Of a stretch of DNA of 64,000 bases, positions 1-10,292 are shown in pieces. A program made the position numbers and the translations under genes. This stretch comes from a candidate division FCPU426 bacterium. GTDB taxonomy: Bacteria; Oederibacteriota; Muellerivitia; Muellerivitales; Muellerivitaceae. Numbering within the stretch: the stretch's first letter is position 1; every line of letters starts with the position of its first letter. The notes below the pieces were generated by a model that saw nothing but the letters and a program-made list of their open reading frames with translations, did not search any database and was not told the origin of the DNA. Location of the stretch: assembly GCA_963847625.1 (NCBI GenBank), contig CAWKAR010000039.1:186823-250822 (forward strand). The letters are read 5' to 3'.

Positions 1-1
1 G

Positions 2-1402
2 GACCATGGGCCCGATTGGCGCATGAGGGGTTTCGAAGGGGCTTCCGACCAGGCGGTCATTAACAGCGACGTGTTCAGCTCCTTTCATCTCCAAGCCATG
101 GGAGGGATCGTGACCCCGGAATCCCAATATGTTTTTGCCAACGATTACGCCGGAAGCGAGGCCGCCATCGACCTATTTGGGGATAAATTTGAACTGAAGG
201 GAAGCGGGTTGATGCTTTGGGCGGACACCAACTCGGCGGATTATTACCCGGGCATTACTCCCCCCGACCGGCAATACCAGGTTGGAAGCCTTTCGGCCAA
301 GACGAATATTCCCTTCGGTAAGGCCGTCAGTTTCTCGGCGTCCGGGGAATACGCTTACAGCTTTTACCAGAATGATTCAGTCAACCTCCAAGACACCCTC
401 AAGGATTGGGCGTTGGAAGCTAAAGGCGCCCTAGCTGTTGAAGGCGTCCAATTGTCCGGCAAGTACCTCAGTAACGGCCCTTATTTCTACTCACCCGGGG
501 CACAAACCAACCGGTTTTCTCCGGATTTGGCGGGCAGTAGTTTCAACGTCCTGGATGACGGACTCAACGATTACTTATCGGGTTTTGCTTTCCAAGGGGT
601 CAATCAACAGATTTTTGAGCCCTATGACCGCATGTCGGAAAACATCCTACCTTACGGCGACGCAACCCCGGATCGAGAGGGTTTGATCCTGGGTTTCACC
701 GCCGATATCGGAAAGGGAGGCTGGCTAAAACCCCAGGCGTCCTATGTGGTGAAAATGAAGGAACTCCAGCCTAATTACGTATTAACCGGGACCGGCAATG
801 AGGTTCTACCGGTGGACTCGGCAGAACCTGTGACCTCCATCCGGAGTTTTGGCGGGTATGAAGGGGCCTTGACGGTGAACCTGGCCAAGGCCCTGGAAGG
901 AACGCCTAAAACCTGTGCTTTGTCAGGGGATTACAAACACCAAACCACCGATCTGGGAACAGGAGCAAGTTCCTTTATCGTCAATACCTATATCATCTGT
1001 GCGGACATCGGACCCTTCCCACAAGTCCCGCTTTTTGAGGGTTTGATTCTCTCGGCAGCTTATGAGCAGGCTGCTTCCAGCGGTTACGAGTACACATTGA
1101 ACACCCCGGCGTTCACCCAGGCGGCCGATATTCCAACCTTGGCCGAATACTATTTCTATTTCAACAACCTTCCAACTAATGCTAACCCATATAACCAGTC
1201 ATATGATCCGAAAAACGCATTATACAAACTTCAACTCCTGGATTTCACCAAGACCTCCTGGGCTTTCGGGCTTAAATGTCCGGTGAGCCGCACCATAGTG
1301 GTTCATGGGGACTGGTTCATCAATGGTTACACCTGGAGCAATGTGCCGGGTTATGACCGGCGTGAACAGATATGGAGAGCGACTTGTGAAGTTTCTTTCT
1401 AA
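2..1402 (+). CDS. Putative outer-membrane beta-barrel protein, 5' truncated by window edge; paralog of next gene
   Basis: Frame is open from base 2. Aromatic-rich amphipathic strands and C-terminal Phe (TCEVSF). Shares YLxxGPYxYSPxAQT and YDRxxxNxxPYGxATPxREG with 1437..3749. Confidence 0.6.
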   Translation, partial: DHGPDWRMRGFEGASDQAVINSDVFSSFHLQAMGGIVTPESQYVFANDYAGSEAAIDLFGDKFELKGSGLMLWADTNSADYYPGITPPDRQYQVGSLSAKTNIPFGKAVSFSASGEYAYSFYQNDSVNLQDTLKDWALEAKGALAVEGVQLSGKYLSNGPYFYSPGAQTNRFSPDLAGSSFNVLDDGLNDYLSGFAFQGVNQQIFEPYDRMSENILPYGDATPDREGLILGFTADIGKGGWLKPQASYVVKMKELQPNYVLTGTGNEVLPVDSAEPVTSIRSFGGYEGALTVNLAKALEGTPKTCALSGDYKHQTTDLGTGASSFIVNTYIICADIGPFPQVPLFEGLILSAAYEQAASSGYEYTLNTPAFTQAADIPTLAEYYFYFNNLPTNANPYNQSYDPKNALYKLQLLDFTKTSWAFGLKCPVSRTIVVHGDWFINGYTWSNVPGYDRREQIWRATCEVSF

Positions 1403-1436
1403 TGGAAAACTCTTTGAATGGGGGACCGAGCGGATC

Positions 1437-3749
1437 GTGAATAAAAGTAGAATTTCGTCCATATTCTCATTGATATTTCTTCTCCTGAGCCTGCCTTGGC
1501 TTGCGGAAGGGAATACTCCCGTTGATCTTTTCTCGATCGTATCGGCTGGCGATCCCGCTTATACGGAGTTGATAGAATTGGCCGATGCGGGTTGGCTTTC
1601 CGCGAAAGATGTGACCCCTACCAGCTTGACGCGGTTTGACGTGGCCCAACTGATTCAAAAAGCGGAAAAAGCTTCCGGGGAACTCATCGTGGCCCAGGCG
1701 GCCGCGACCCCCGGCGTCTCCGATCAGGAAGACATGCTCCTGCCGGCGCAAGAGACAACGGCAGGCCCGGCCACCAGCGCGGGGCCCGCCACCCTGACCC
1801 CGGCCGATCGCGCACAAGCGCGTTTGAAGGCGGCCAAGGCCCTTCATAGTTTGGAAGAGGCTTACCGTTATGAGCTACAGGAATTAAAAGATAAAGTGAA
1901 GGCTCTTCGGGCGAAAGCCTCCGACCTGGAATCCCAGCAGTACGACCTGAGGAAGAGACTGAAAGGTATTACCCAATATCCCACGATCGCGGTGCACGGG
2001 TATGGGCTGGGGCTTGGCTATACCCAACAATATTCCGGGGATGAATCCGGATTGAAATTATTAAATCCAGGCACACGGTATACTTATGGTTTTTTAGATT
2101 TGCAACCAGAGGGAACTGTATCCAAGGAAGTGCGTTGGAGCGTTATTTTCAGGGTCGCATCCAACTTTCTACCTACTACCACTGATTTTACTTTCAGCGT
2201 CTGCCGGATAACCCTGGAGTTCAATCCGTCCTGGCTTTCAGCCACTTTCGGCGATTTCGATGAAGCTTACACCCCTTTCACCTTATGGAACCGAAATACC
2301 CTGGATTTAAAATATGTCCCGGAAATGTGGGCCAGATGGGATTCCCGCGCGAAGTACGAAAACTTTTTCGACAACGAACCTTATTGGCCTTTCCGGGGTT
2401 TGAGGTTGGGGGAGGCCCTGATGTGGCCCGATTCGGACTTGCTGGAATCGCTCAAGGTTTCCGGCTTTATTCATATGATCCGCAATGGATTTAACGACAA
2501 CGGAGGCTGGTATTACGGATCCGGTCAATATACGGATTGGATTTTCGGGGGAACCGCTGGTTTGAAATCCCCCCAATGGTACCTGGGTTCAAGGACCCTT
2601 CAGTTGAGTGTGGATACCTACGGACTCATCCTGGACGAATCCTTGGATACCGAACTACCGGGTGCTCCTTACGACCCGCTGAATCCCCTGACTTGGGCGC
2701 ATCAATACCTGACCGGCAGCGTCAAACCCGACGTGAAGGTCGGACTAGGGGATGATTGCTACGCAGGAGGGACGGCCGAGTATGCTTATTCCCGCTACCA
2801 GGACGACAAGAGGGACCCCGACCGCATGATCGGGGATTACGCGGTCATGGCCGGACCTTACCTGCAGTTTTCGGATTCCAGGGTTTCGGTGAATTATCTG
2901 AATGTGGGGCCTTATTATTATTCACCTTTGGCCCAGACACGCCAGGACGCGGCAAATGCGGGTACCACCCTTTCCCCCGACCTTTATGAGCCCGTCCTGC
3001 GCAGCCAGTATTTCCTCACGAATGTTCCGAATCCCGGTGCCATATTCGGTTATTACGACCGGACCCAGGACAACACTTTTCCCTACGGTTTGGCCACCCC
3101 CAACCGGGAAGGATTCGGATTGGACGCGGACCTGAAGGTATTGAAAAAAGATTCCTTGAAGATAAAGGGGTCGGCCTATTGGGTCAAAGAAATCACCGGC
3201 AACATGGTCATCAATACCCTCGGGACGGGGTATGTCCCGGTGGACAGCCCAGCCAACACCTATCTGGTGCCGGTCCGCAACTTCACCTACATCAACGTGG
3301 GGCCCTCCTTCAACCTAGGCCCTTACTTGGGCCTTGACCGGGATTTGGAACTTGGTACCAACCTGCGTTACGAGCGAACCACCAGCGACTTGGGGACCCT
3401 TAACAGCGCCTGGATCATTGGAGGAATCCGGGTGGATCTTTTACCGGTGTGGGAAATCTCGGCGGCATTCAGTCAACAGAACGCCAAGGGAACCGAAGCC
3501 GGGTTAGGTGGCACTCTTTGGGCCCGATACCCCTACTTGTATGATTATTCGGACTTGGGTAATTATTCACCGGTCCAGGTGGACGGGAATATCCAAAGTC
3601 TGAGATTTTCCAACGTTTTCAAGGTCAACCGGAATTCCGACATCTTCATTGATTACGATTGGACCTCGGGAAACATGCTGCCGACAAAACCCGTCCAGGG
3701 AACGTTGGTGAACCAATTTATCGAGTTAAGCTATGAAGTCCGGTTTTAA
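1437..3749 (+). CDS. SLH-like domain + coiled coil + beta-barrel outer-membrane protein (OmpM/SlpA-like architecture)
   Basis: Likely GTG start at 1437 and a signal peptide. SLH-like DPAYTELIELADAGWL...LTRFDVAQLI, heptad coiled coil (ELQELKDKVKALRAKASDLESQQYDLRKRL), then barrel-like region ending SYEVRF. Confidence 0.6.
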   Translation: MNKSRISSIFSLIFLLLSLPWLAEGNTPVDLFSIVSAGDPAYTELIELADAGWLSAKDVTPTSLTRFDVAQLIQKAEKASGELIVAQAAATPGVSDQEDMLLPAQETTAGPATSAGPATLTPADRAQARLKAAKALHSLEEAYRYELQELKDKVKALRAKASDLESQQYDLRKRLKGITQYPTIAVHGYGLGLGYTQQYSGDESGLKLLNPGTRYTYGFLDLQPEGTVSKEVRWSVIFRVASNFLPTTTDFTFSVCRITLEFNPSWLSATFGDFDEAYTPFTLWNRNTLDLKYVPEMWARWDSRAKYENFFDNEPYWPFRGLRLGEALMWPDSDLLESLKVSGFIHMIRNGFNDNGGWYYGSGQYTDWIFGGTAGLKSPQWYLGSRTLQLSVDTYGLILDESLDTELPGAPYDPLNPLTWAHQYLTGSVKPDVKVGLGDDCYAGGTAEYAYSRYQDDKRDPDRMIGDYAVMAGPYLQFSDSRVSVNYLNVGPYYYSPLAQTRQDAANAGTTLSPDLYEPVLRSQYFLTNVPNPGAIFGYYDRTQDNTFPYGLATPNREGFGLDADLKVLKKDSLKIKGSAYWVKEITGNMVINTLGTGYVPVDSPANTYLVPVRNFTYINVGPSFNLGPYLGLDRDLELGTNLRYERTTSDLGTLNSAWIIGGIRVDLLPVWEISAAFSQQNAKGTEAGLGGTLWARYPYLYDYSDLGNYSPVQVDGNIQSLRFSNVFKVNRNSDIFIDYDWTSGNMLPTKPVQGTLVNQFIELSYEVRF

Positions 3750-3815
3750 ATGTTGTCAAAAACAGGTTAAAGTGTTACGGGAAACATATCTGAACCCGAA
3801 GAAGGGGATAGAACC

Positions 3816-4490
3816 ATGAATGCAAAATTATTCAAGAATTTGGGCTTAGCCGCCTTGGGCCTATTGTCGTTATTATTTCTTTACCAGGGTTGTACTACGA
3901 AAATTCCAACCTTGTCAGCGATGAAATCCTATCCCTCTTCTTGTCAACCCCTCCTTTTGAACGCTTTTGAGAGTTTAGATAATTTAAGTTCTTCCAATCC
4001 AAGTGGTTCCTCCACCATAACTGCCAATCTAACCCTTTCTCCCCTGCACGTGACACAAGGTGTATCTTCTTTGGATATCGATATTTATAACCCTCCCCTA
4101 GCATCACCAGGTGTCGTCTATAATTGGAACGATCAAATCTTATACGATACTTTAACCCCGCCCCAACCAACAACTTGGGCAAATTTTACCCAAGCTATCG
4201 CAGATGTTTACATTGATCCCAGCGTGATTGCAGGAGCAACTTACCATTCACTTAATCTCTACGCCAAAGCGAGTAGTGGCAATTACCAATCCCTTTGCTC
4301 CAACCAACCCAGTATCACGTCAGGGCAACAATCAATCACTTGGGTAATTGACTCCATCCCATCCGGTGCGACACTTACGGTTATTTTCTTAATTCTCAAC
4401 GCCAATACCACCAACGGAAGTGGAAACATCTACCTGGACAATCTCCGGTTGGTTTATAAAGAATGCCCGACTCCCACACCCATTCCTTGA
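3816..4490 (+). CDS. Lipoprotein with carbohydrate-binding-like jelly-roll domain
   Basis: Lipobox-like LFLYQGC, GNIYLDNLRLV terminal strand typical of CBM-like domains, PTPTP tail, lower GC. Confidence 0.55.
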   Translation: MNAKLFKNLGLAALGLLSLLFLYQGCTTKIPTLSAMKSYPSSCQPLLLNAFESLDNLSSSNPSGSSTITANLTLSPLHVTQGVSSLDIDIYNPPLASPGVVYNWNDQILYDTLTPPQPTTWANFTQAIADVYIDPSVIAGATYHSLNLYAKASSGNYQSLCSNQPSITSGQQSITWVIDSIPSGATLTVIFLILNANTTNGSGNIYLDNLRLVYKECPTPTPIP

Positions 4491-4742
4491 CCCACATTTC
4501 TTATCAATAAATAGTTACAATCTTTCAAAGTTTAAATCCTTTCCGAATTTATTTTCTGGCATTGTTCTTAGTGCCTCCAAAGCTTATTCCTGAAAGCCTG
4601 AACCTATCAATTATGAATAGAAATGAGAAATGAAGCCCGGCAATCTTATAATGATCTTATTCAATGTCTTTGTGGTCCGTTTGTAAACCGAACGGTTGTT
4701 TTAATTTTAAAAACTTTCGGTGCCATGCCGTAGAATACCAGA

Positions 4743-6830
4743 ATGGTAAAAACGGAAAGCCTATCCACAAAGGAAAAAGGTTTCTTATGCTTGGGAGTGG
4801 TTTGGGCGGGATTGGTTTTCATCCATTATTATTCCTGGTCTTCCCTGGCTGATTTTGCCTTTCTCAAGACTCTCGCCGCAGACTTGAAGCGGGGCACTGA
4901 TTTCCGGTTTCAATCAAACGGACTTTCTTTCCTGAAAAACCTTCTTTTAACGCTGAATATCTGGCTCACCCTCTGGATGTGGGGCCGGCGGTTCAGGAAA
5001 TGGCTGGGCCTTTCCCTGGGAAACAGAGCTATAAAGATTTCGGCGGAATTCGCCCTGGGCGTGGCGGGGGCCAACGCCCTTTGGCTCGGGACGGGGTTGT
5101 CCCATCTTTGGTTCCAAATCCTGCTTTTTCCACTGGCCCTTGCGGCTTGGGGAACGGCTCTTTTTGATTTTTTCTTCACCCTCATGGATCGTCCCGCTCT
5201 CAAGCCGGCTTTTCCGAAAGAAATTCCATTACGTTTATTATTTCTTCTCGGGATTCTTTCGGGTTTGTTTTCCCTGGCCCAGGGTGCGATCCCCGAGGTT
5301 TATTTCGACAGCTTGGCCTACCACCTGTCCACGCTGAGTTATTGGATTTTCCACCATGGAATTTCGGATTTCCCCACCAACCTTTATTCCTATTATCCCT
5401 TCGGGGGAGAGCTGTATTTCCTGAACGGCCTTTTCTTCCAGGGAACCGAGGCCGCCAAGACACTGAACGCCCTGGCAGCGGGAGCCTGCCTCATGGCCGC
5501 GGCGGGTTGGGTGACGGAAATGGCCGGGGCTTCTTCTGGCTTCCTGGTTTTCGGCATGATCGCTGCTTTTCCCCTGGTTTCCACGACCGTTTGGACCACC
5601 CAAATCGACGTCTTATTGTGTTTTTATCTGATCCTCTTTTTTTACGCCCTGACTCGGTGGGTCAAGCGCGATCCGCGTTGGGCTATTGCAGCCGCCCTCT
5701 TCGGAGGGACTGCGCTGACAATGAAATACACCGCAATTATAGGTGTCCTGGCGGGACTCGCCGTTTTGGGATTATTTCTTAAAACCCGCGGGCGGAAGAG
5801 ATCCTTCCCCTCAGGTTGGATTCTTCTTGTAGCGATGATAGCCGGAGCCCTTATCCCGTGGTTTCTGAAAAATTATCTCTATTCCGGAAACCCTTTTTAT
5901 CCCTATTTATCCCTGCTCTTTGGCGGGAAAAGTCTACCGCCGGTAAATCATCAGGCCCTCATGGGGGACCACGCGTCGGTCTGGGGATCGGGAGAGTCTT
6001 TCGGGCGGTGGTTTCAATTGATATTCATCAGGGACTTGGCCCAGTCCATCGCGCCCCTGCTCTTTTCATTCCTTCCTTTCTTGTTCTTCCGCTTCTCCCT
6101 CAGTGAGCCCATTCGGAAGCTGGCGATATTGAGCGTTCTTTACCTGGGCATGAGCTTCGGCATATCCCATCAATTGCGGCTGGCAATGCCGGCCATCCTG
6201 TTATGTCTCATGACTATGGTTTTTGTCCTCTCGGAAATTAAAAAAAAACCCGTCCTTCGGACTTGGACCCTTATTTCCCTCCTTTTCGGGTTGATCGGTT
6301 TCCTTTCCCTTTGCCGGTTAAGCTCGGTTTATTACCAAAGCCAGAAAATCTGGTTCGGGGAGGAACTCCATTCGGAGTTTCTCGCCCATTCTCCCCTCGC
6401 CGATTCCTATTACGGTTTGACCGAGGCCTGTGCTCGCCTGCTCCCGCCGGAAGGCCGGGTCCTAGTCGCGGGGGATGGCCGCGGGCTTTATTACCGCCAG
6501 CCTTTCCTTACCAACAGCGCATTTGACGAGCAAGCTTTGGCTTCTCTCGCCCGGCGGGAGAGGAGCGGCGATGGGATTTACCTGGGTCTTAAAAAAATGG
6601 GCGTGGATGCCTTGGCGGTTTCCGGACAGGAAGGCATTCGCCTGTCCCGGAATTACCCTTATGTTTATTCGCTGACCTTGGAGGAATGGGACCGATTGGA
6701 CGATTTTATCCAGCGGTATTGCGATCTTTGTTATTTCGAGGGAAGCAACGGTATTTACCGCGTGCGTGTGGCTCCGGCGAAACGGAAAATCCGGATTCCC
6801 GACCTTTTATTGCTCTTTAGAAAGGGCTGA
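4743..6830 (+). CDS. Polytopic membrane glycosyltransferase (GT-C, ArnT/PMT-like)
   Basis: Many TM segments; FDSLAYHL and KYT motifs, PWFLKNYLYSGNPFYP. Confidence 0.65.
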   Translation: MVKTESLSTKEKGFLCLGVVWAGLVFIHYYSWSSLADFAFLKTLAADLKRGTDFRFQSNGLSFLKNLLLTLNIWLTLWMWGRRFRKWLGLSLGNRAIKISAEFALGVAGANALWLGTGLSHLWFQILLFPLALAAWGTALFDFFFTLMDRPALKPAFPKEIPLRLLFLLGILSGLFSLAQGAIPEVYFDSLAYHLSTLSYWIFHHGISDFPTNLYSYYPFGGELYFLNGLFFQGTEAAKTLNALAAGACLMAAAGWVTEMAGASSGFLVFGMIAAFPLVSTTVWTTQIDVLLCFYLILFFYALTRWVKRDPRWAIAAALFGGTALTMKYTAIIGVLAGLAVLGLFLKTRGRKRSFPSGWILLVAMIAGALIPWFLKNYLYSGNPFYPYLSLLFGGKSLPPVNHQALMGDHASVWGSGESFGRWFQLIFIRDLAQSIAPLLFSFLPFLFFRFSLSEPIRKLAILSVLYLGMSFGISHQLRLAMPAILLCLMTMVFVLSEIKKKPVLRTWTLISLLFGLIGFLSLCRLSSVYYQSQKIWFGEELHSEFLAHSPLADSYYGLTEACARLLPPEGRVLVAGDGRGLYYRQPFLTNSAFDEQALASLARRERSGDGIYLGLKKMGVDALAVSGQEGIRLSRNYPYVYSLTLEEWDRLDDFIQRYCDLCYFEGSNGIYRVRVAPAKRKIRIPDLLLLFRKG

Positions 6831-6920
6831 AAATAAATTCTTTTTCGCTTAAATGACATGCTGTTTTCCCGGTTATTATAGGGACTGTTTTCATCCTCGA
6901 TCTCGAAAGGGAGGACAACT

Positions 6921-8270
6921 ATGGCTGAACCCCTAGTGGCAATTCTCCTCGCGGCGGGCAAGGGTACCCGCATGAACTCCAAGATTCCAAAAGTGCTCCA
7001 TGAAGTCGCGGGCCAACCCATGGTCGAATACGCCCTCCAAAACGCCCTGGCGGCGGGCGCCTTCCGCGTTTACGCGGTGGTGGACTCGAATTCTGGCGAG
7101 ACCGTCCGGTACCTGGGAAAAAGGGTCGTGCCGATTGTCCAGAAAAAAAAGCTCGGCACGGGCCACGCCGTTCAGCAGGCCTTGCCTTACCTGAAATCCT
7201 TCCGGGGAAACGTGCTGGTGCTTTGCGCGGACGCGTGCCTGGTTAGGCCCCAAACGGTCCAGGCCCTCCGCCAATTCCATCGTCTTCAAAACGGGGCCCT
7301 GACCCTTTTGACGGCCCGGGTGGAGGACCCCTACGGATACGACCGTATCCTGAGGGGGAGCGAAGGTCAGGTGGAACGAATCGTCGATGAGAGGGAAGCC
7401 AATGAGACCGAAAGGCGCATCAACGAGATCAACGCCGGGGTATATCTTTTCAAGGCGAAAGCCCTGACGGCCGCCTTGAAGCAATTGAAGCCGAACAACG
7501 TCAAGGGGGAATATTACCTGACCGACACCATCCACCTGGTCTTGTCCAGCGGGGAAAGGGTCGACGCGCTCATGGTGCCCGACCGGTCGGAGGTACTGGG
7601 GGTCAACGACCGGTCCCAATTAGCCCGGGCCCACCGCACCCTGAACCTCCGGAGGATCGAGGAGCACCAGGGAAACGGGGTGACCTTCCTGGCCGCCTCC
7701 ACGGTGGAGATTGGGCCCCGGGTGATCATCGGTTGCGATACGGTCATCGGGGGAAACGTAAGGCTGGCGGGTGAGACATCGCTGGGCGAGCGATGCCGGG
7801 TGGAACCGGGAAGCTTTGTGGATTCCTCGATCTTGGGCCGGGGCGTAACGGTGAAATCCTCGCGAATCGTCGAGAGCCGGCTGGGCGATAACTGCGACGC
7901 GGGGCCTTTCGCACACATCCGAGGGGAAAGCCGACTGGGGGATAACGTTCATGTGGGGACCAACACCGAGTTGAAGAATGCTCGAATCGGGAATGGAAGC
8001 AAGGTGGGCCACTTCTCCTACGTGGGGGACGCGGTTTTAGGCAAGGACGTGAACGTGGGGGCGGGATGTGTTTTCGCCAACTTCGACGGGAAGAAAAAGC
8101 ATGAGAGCCGGGTGGGGGACGGGGCTTTCCTGGGGAGCAATTCCACCCTGGTGGCTCCGGTGCGGATTGGGGCCAAAGCGGTGGTTGGCGCTGGCGCGGT
8201 CGTGACCCGGGATGTTCCGGCACGCACAACAGTCGTGGGTGTCCCTGCTAAGCCGGTTCAGAAGCCTTAA
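6921..8270 (+). CDS. glmU: Bifunctional UDP-GlcNAc pyrophosphorylase/glucosamine-1-P acetyltransferase
   Basis: LAAGKGTRM, GTGHAV, GEYYLTD, hexapeptide repeats, NFDGKKKH; RBS GGAGG. Confidence 0.97.
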   Translation: MAEPLVAILLAAGKGTRMNSKIPKVLHEVAGQPMVEYALQNALAAGAFRVYAVVDSNSGETVRYLGKRVVPIVQKKKLGTGHAVQQALPYLKSFRGNVLVLCADACLVRPQTVQALRQFHRLQNGALTLLTARVEDPYGYDRILRGSEGQVERIVDEREANETERRINEINAGVYLFKAKALTAALKQLKPNNVKGEYYLTDTIHLVLSSGERVDALMVPDRSEVLGVNDRSQLARAHRTLNLRRIEEHQGNGVTFLAASTVEIGPRVIIGCDTVIGGNVRLAGETSLGERCRVEPGSFVDSSILGRGVTVKSSRIVESRLGDNCDAGPFAHIRGESRLGDNVHVGTNTELKNARIGNGSKVGHFSYVGDAVLGKDVNVGAGCVFANFDGKKKHESRVGDGAFLGSNSTLVAPVRIGAKAVVGAGAVVTRDVPARTTVVGVPAKPVQKP

Positions 8271-8396
8271 ATAAAGAACTCTTTTACCAAAAGTTCAAGG
8301 TTGGTTTTGAGAATTCCCCTGAATTTAGTTTTCCTTGGCCCCTTCGGGTCTTGGTGGTAAAATTCGTCTTTCTATTTTTACTTTTTAGGAGCATCC

Positions 8397-9359
8397 ATGA
8401 GTCCGCGAGATGAGGAATTGGACGGTTTGAAAATCTTCACGGGTACGGCCAACCAGGACCTGGCGAAAAATATATCTGCCGCCTTGAGGGTCCCTCTGGG
8501 GGAAATATTGGTCACCCGTTTCTCGGAGGGAGAAATTCGGCTCAAGATCATGGAGGACGTGCGCGGCCGCGACGTGTTCATCGTCCAACCTACCTGCCCC
8601 CCCGTCAACGACAACGTGATGGAACTGTTGATCATGCTGGACGCCTTCCGCAGGGCCTCTGCCCGGCGCATTACCGCCGTGCTTCCCTATTACGGCTATG
8701 CCCGCCAAGACCGCAAGGACCAGCCCCGGGTGCCCATCACCGCCAAGCTCATGGCCAACCTCATCACCGAAGCCGGAGCGCACCGGGTCCTTACCATGGA
8801 CCTCCACGCCCAGCAGATCCAGGGTTTCTTCGACATCCCGGTGGACCACCTTTACGCCTTCCCGGTCATATCGTCTTATTTCCGGCAAAAGAACCTGAAG
8901 GACCTAACCGTGGTATCCCCCGACGTGGGAGGCATCAAGATGGCCCGGGCCTACGCCAAGGGCCTGGGAGCCGACCTGGCCATCGTGGACAAGCGCCGCT
9001 CGGGGCCCAACGAGGTGGAAGCCATGAACCTGATCGGCGAAGTCAAGGGCCGCACGGTGCTCATTCCTGACGACATGATCGCCACCGCCGCCTCCCTTGT
9101 GGAGGCGGTCAACGCCCTGGTGAGGTTCGGGGCCAAGGACATCTATGCTTCCTGCACCCACGCTATTTTGTCCGGAAATGCCGTGGAAAAACTGCAAAAT
9201 TCCGTCTTGAAAGAAGTCGTCGTTACGGATACCATTCCTCTTCCTGCGGAGAAGCGGACCGGCAAGATCAAAGTTCTTCCGGTGGCCCCCCTTCTGGGGG
9301 AAGCGATCCTTCGAATTCACAACGAAAAGTCCATCAGTTCGTTGTTCGACGATTTGTGA
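8397..9359 (+). CDS. prs: Ribose-phosphate pyrophosphokinase
   Basis: PYYGYARQDRK, DLHAQQIQGFF, VSPDVGG, DDMIATA. Confidence 0.98.
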   Translation: MSPRDEELDGLKIFTGTANQDLAKNISAALRVPLGEILVTRFSEGEIRLKIMEDVRGRDVFIVQPTCPPVNDNVMELLIMLDAFRRASARRITAVLPYYGYARQDRKDQPRVPITAKLMANLITEAGAHRVLTMDLHAQQIQGFFDIPVDHLYAFPVISSYFRQKNLKDLTVVSPDVGGIKMARAYAKGLGADLAIVDKRRSGPNEVEAMNLIGEVKGRTVLIPDDMIATAASLVEAVNALVRFGAKDIYASCTHAILSGNAVEKLQNSVLKEVVVTDTIPLPAEKRTGKIKVLPVAPLLGEAILRIHNEKSISSLFDDL

Positions 9360-9469
9360 ACCGCAAAGGTCATGATTTCAAAGAGCGCGGCCGGGGGTTG
9401 ATTTTTATCCACGGCTTTGGGTTTGATGATTCTAAAAAAATTTATTCCTGTAGAAGGAGTCCATTCGAA

Positions 9470-10219
9470 ATGAAACAAGTACCTTTAAGCGCAAAAACCA
9501 GGACGGCTCGGGGAAGCAGCCGGGCCCGCCGCCTGCGCTCGAGCGGATTCGTGCCGGCGGAAGTGTACGGCCGAAATGAAACCAACCAGTCCATCGAGGT
9601 TTCTGAGAAGGAACTGGGAAGAATCCTCTCCTCCTCAGAGGGGCAAAACATCTTCTTCGAATTGAAAATCGACGGCTCAGAAGGCAAGCCAATTCTGGCG
9701 GTCCTGAAGGAAGTTCAGTACCACCGGGTCAACCATTCGCTCATCCACGCGGATTTCCACAAGGTCAAGATGGACCAGAAAATCCGCATCAAGATCCCCA
9801 TCCGCGTTTTGAACGCCGACATATGCGAGGGCGTCAAGGTCGGGGGAGTCCTTCAGACTCTCTTGCGCGCCTTGGAAGTGCAGTGCCTGCCCACCCAGAT
9901 CCCGGATGCGATCGAAGTGGATGCTACCCTGCTGGCCGTGGGTCATTCGGTTCACGTATCCGATTTGAAGCTGCCGAAGGGCGTGAAGCCCCTCCAGTCC
10001 CCCGAAATCGTAGTGGTTTCCGTGGCCGCACAAATGGCCGAGGAAGTCAAGCCTGAGGTCGCACCCGCAGTGGAGGGGGCAGCCCCTGAAGCCGGCGCTG
10101 AGCCCGAAGTCATCACCGCTAAGAAGCCGGAAGAAGGCGAGGCCGAGGCGAAGGCCCCAACCGCCGAGAAAGCCGCGGAGAAAAGACCTGCCGAGAAGAA
10201 AGCCCCCGAGAAGAAGTAA
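9470..10219 (+). CDS. rplY: 50S ribosomal protein L25/Ctc
   Basis: ATG 9470 after AAGGAG; RRLRSSGFVPAEVYG, HADF, GVKVGGVL; conserved prs-rplY-pth order. Confidence 0.95.
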   Translation: MKQVPLSAKTRTARGSSRARRLRSSGFVPAEVYGRNETNQSIEVSEKELGRILSSSEGQNIFFELKIDGSEGKPILAVLKEVQYHRVNHSLIHADFHKVKMDQKIRIKIPIRVLNADICEGVKVGGVLQTLLRALEVQCLPTQIPDAIEVDATLLAVGHSVHVSDLKLPKGVKPLQSPEIVVVSVAAQMAEEVKPEVAPAVEGAAPEAGAEPEVITAKKPEEGEAEAKAPTAEKAAEKRPAEKKAPEKK

Positions 10220-10242
10220 GCCGCGGGAGGCTTCAACCTATC

Positions 10243-10283
10243 ACGGCCATTCGGAGGTAATCCCCGGGTGGCCGTCTTTTTTT
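10243..10283 (+). terminator. Intrinsic terminator after rplY
   Basis: ACGGCCATTCGG...CCGGGTGGCCGT stem followed by T7. Confidence 0.75.
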
Positions 10284-10292
10284 GAGGCCATT

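Noticed and set aside
8280..8365. tRNA or ncRNA between glmU and prs
   Set aside because: No cloverleaf or TTCGA T-loop; only a weak degenerate inverted repeat.
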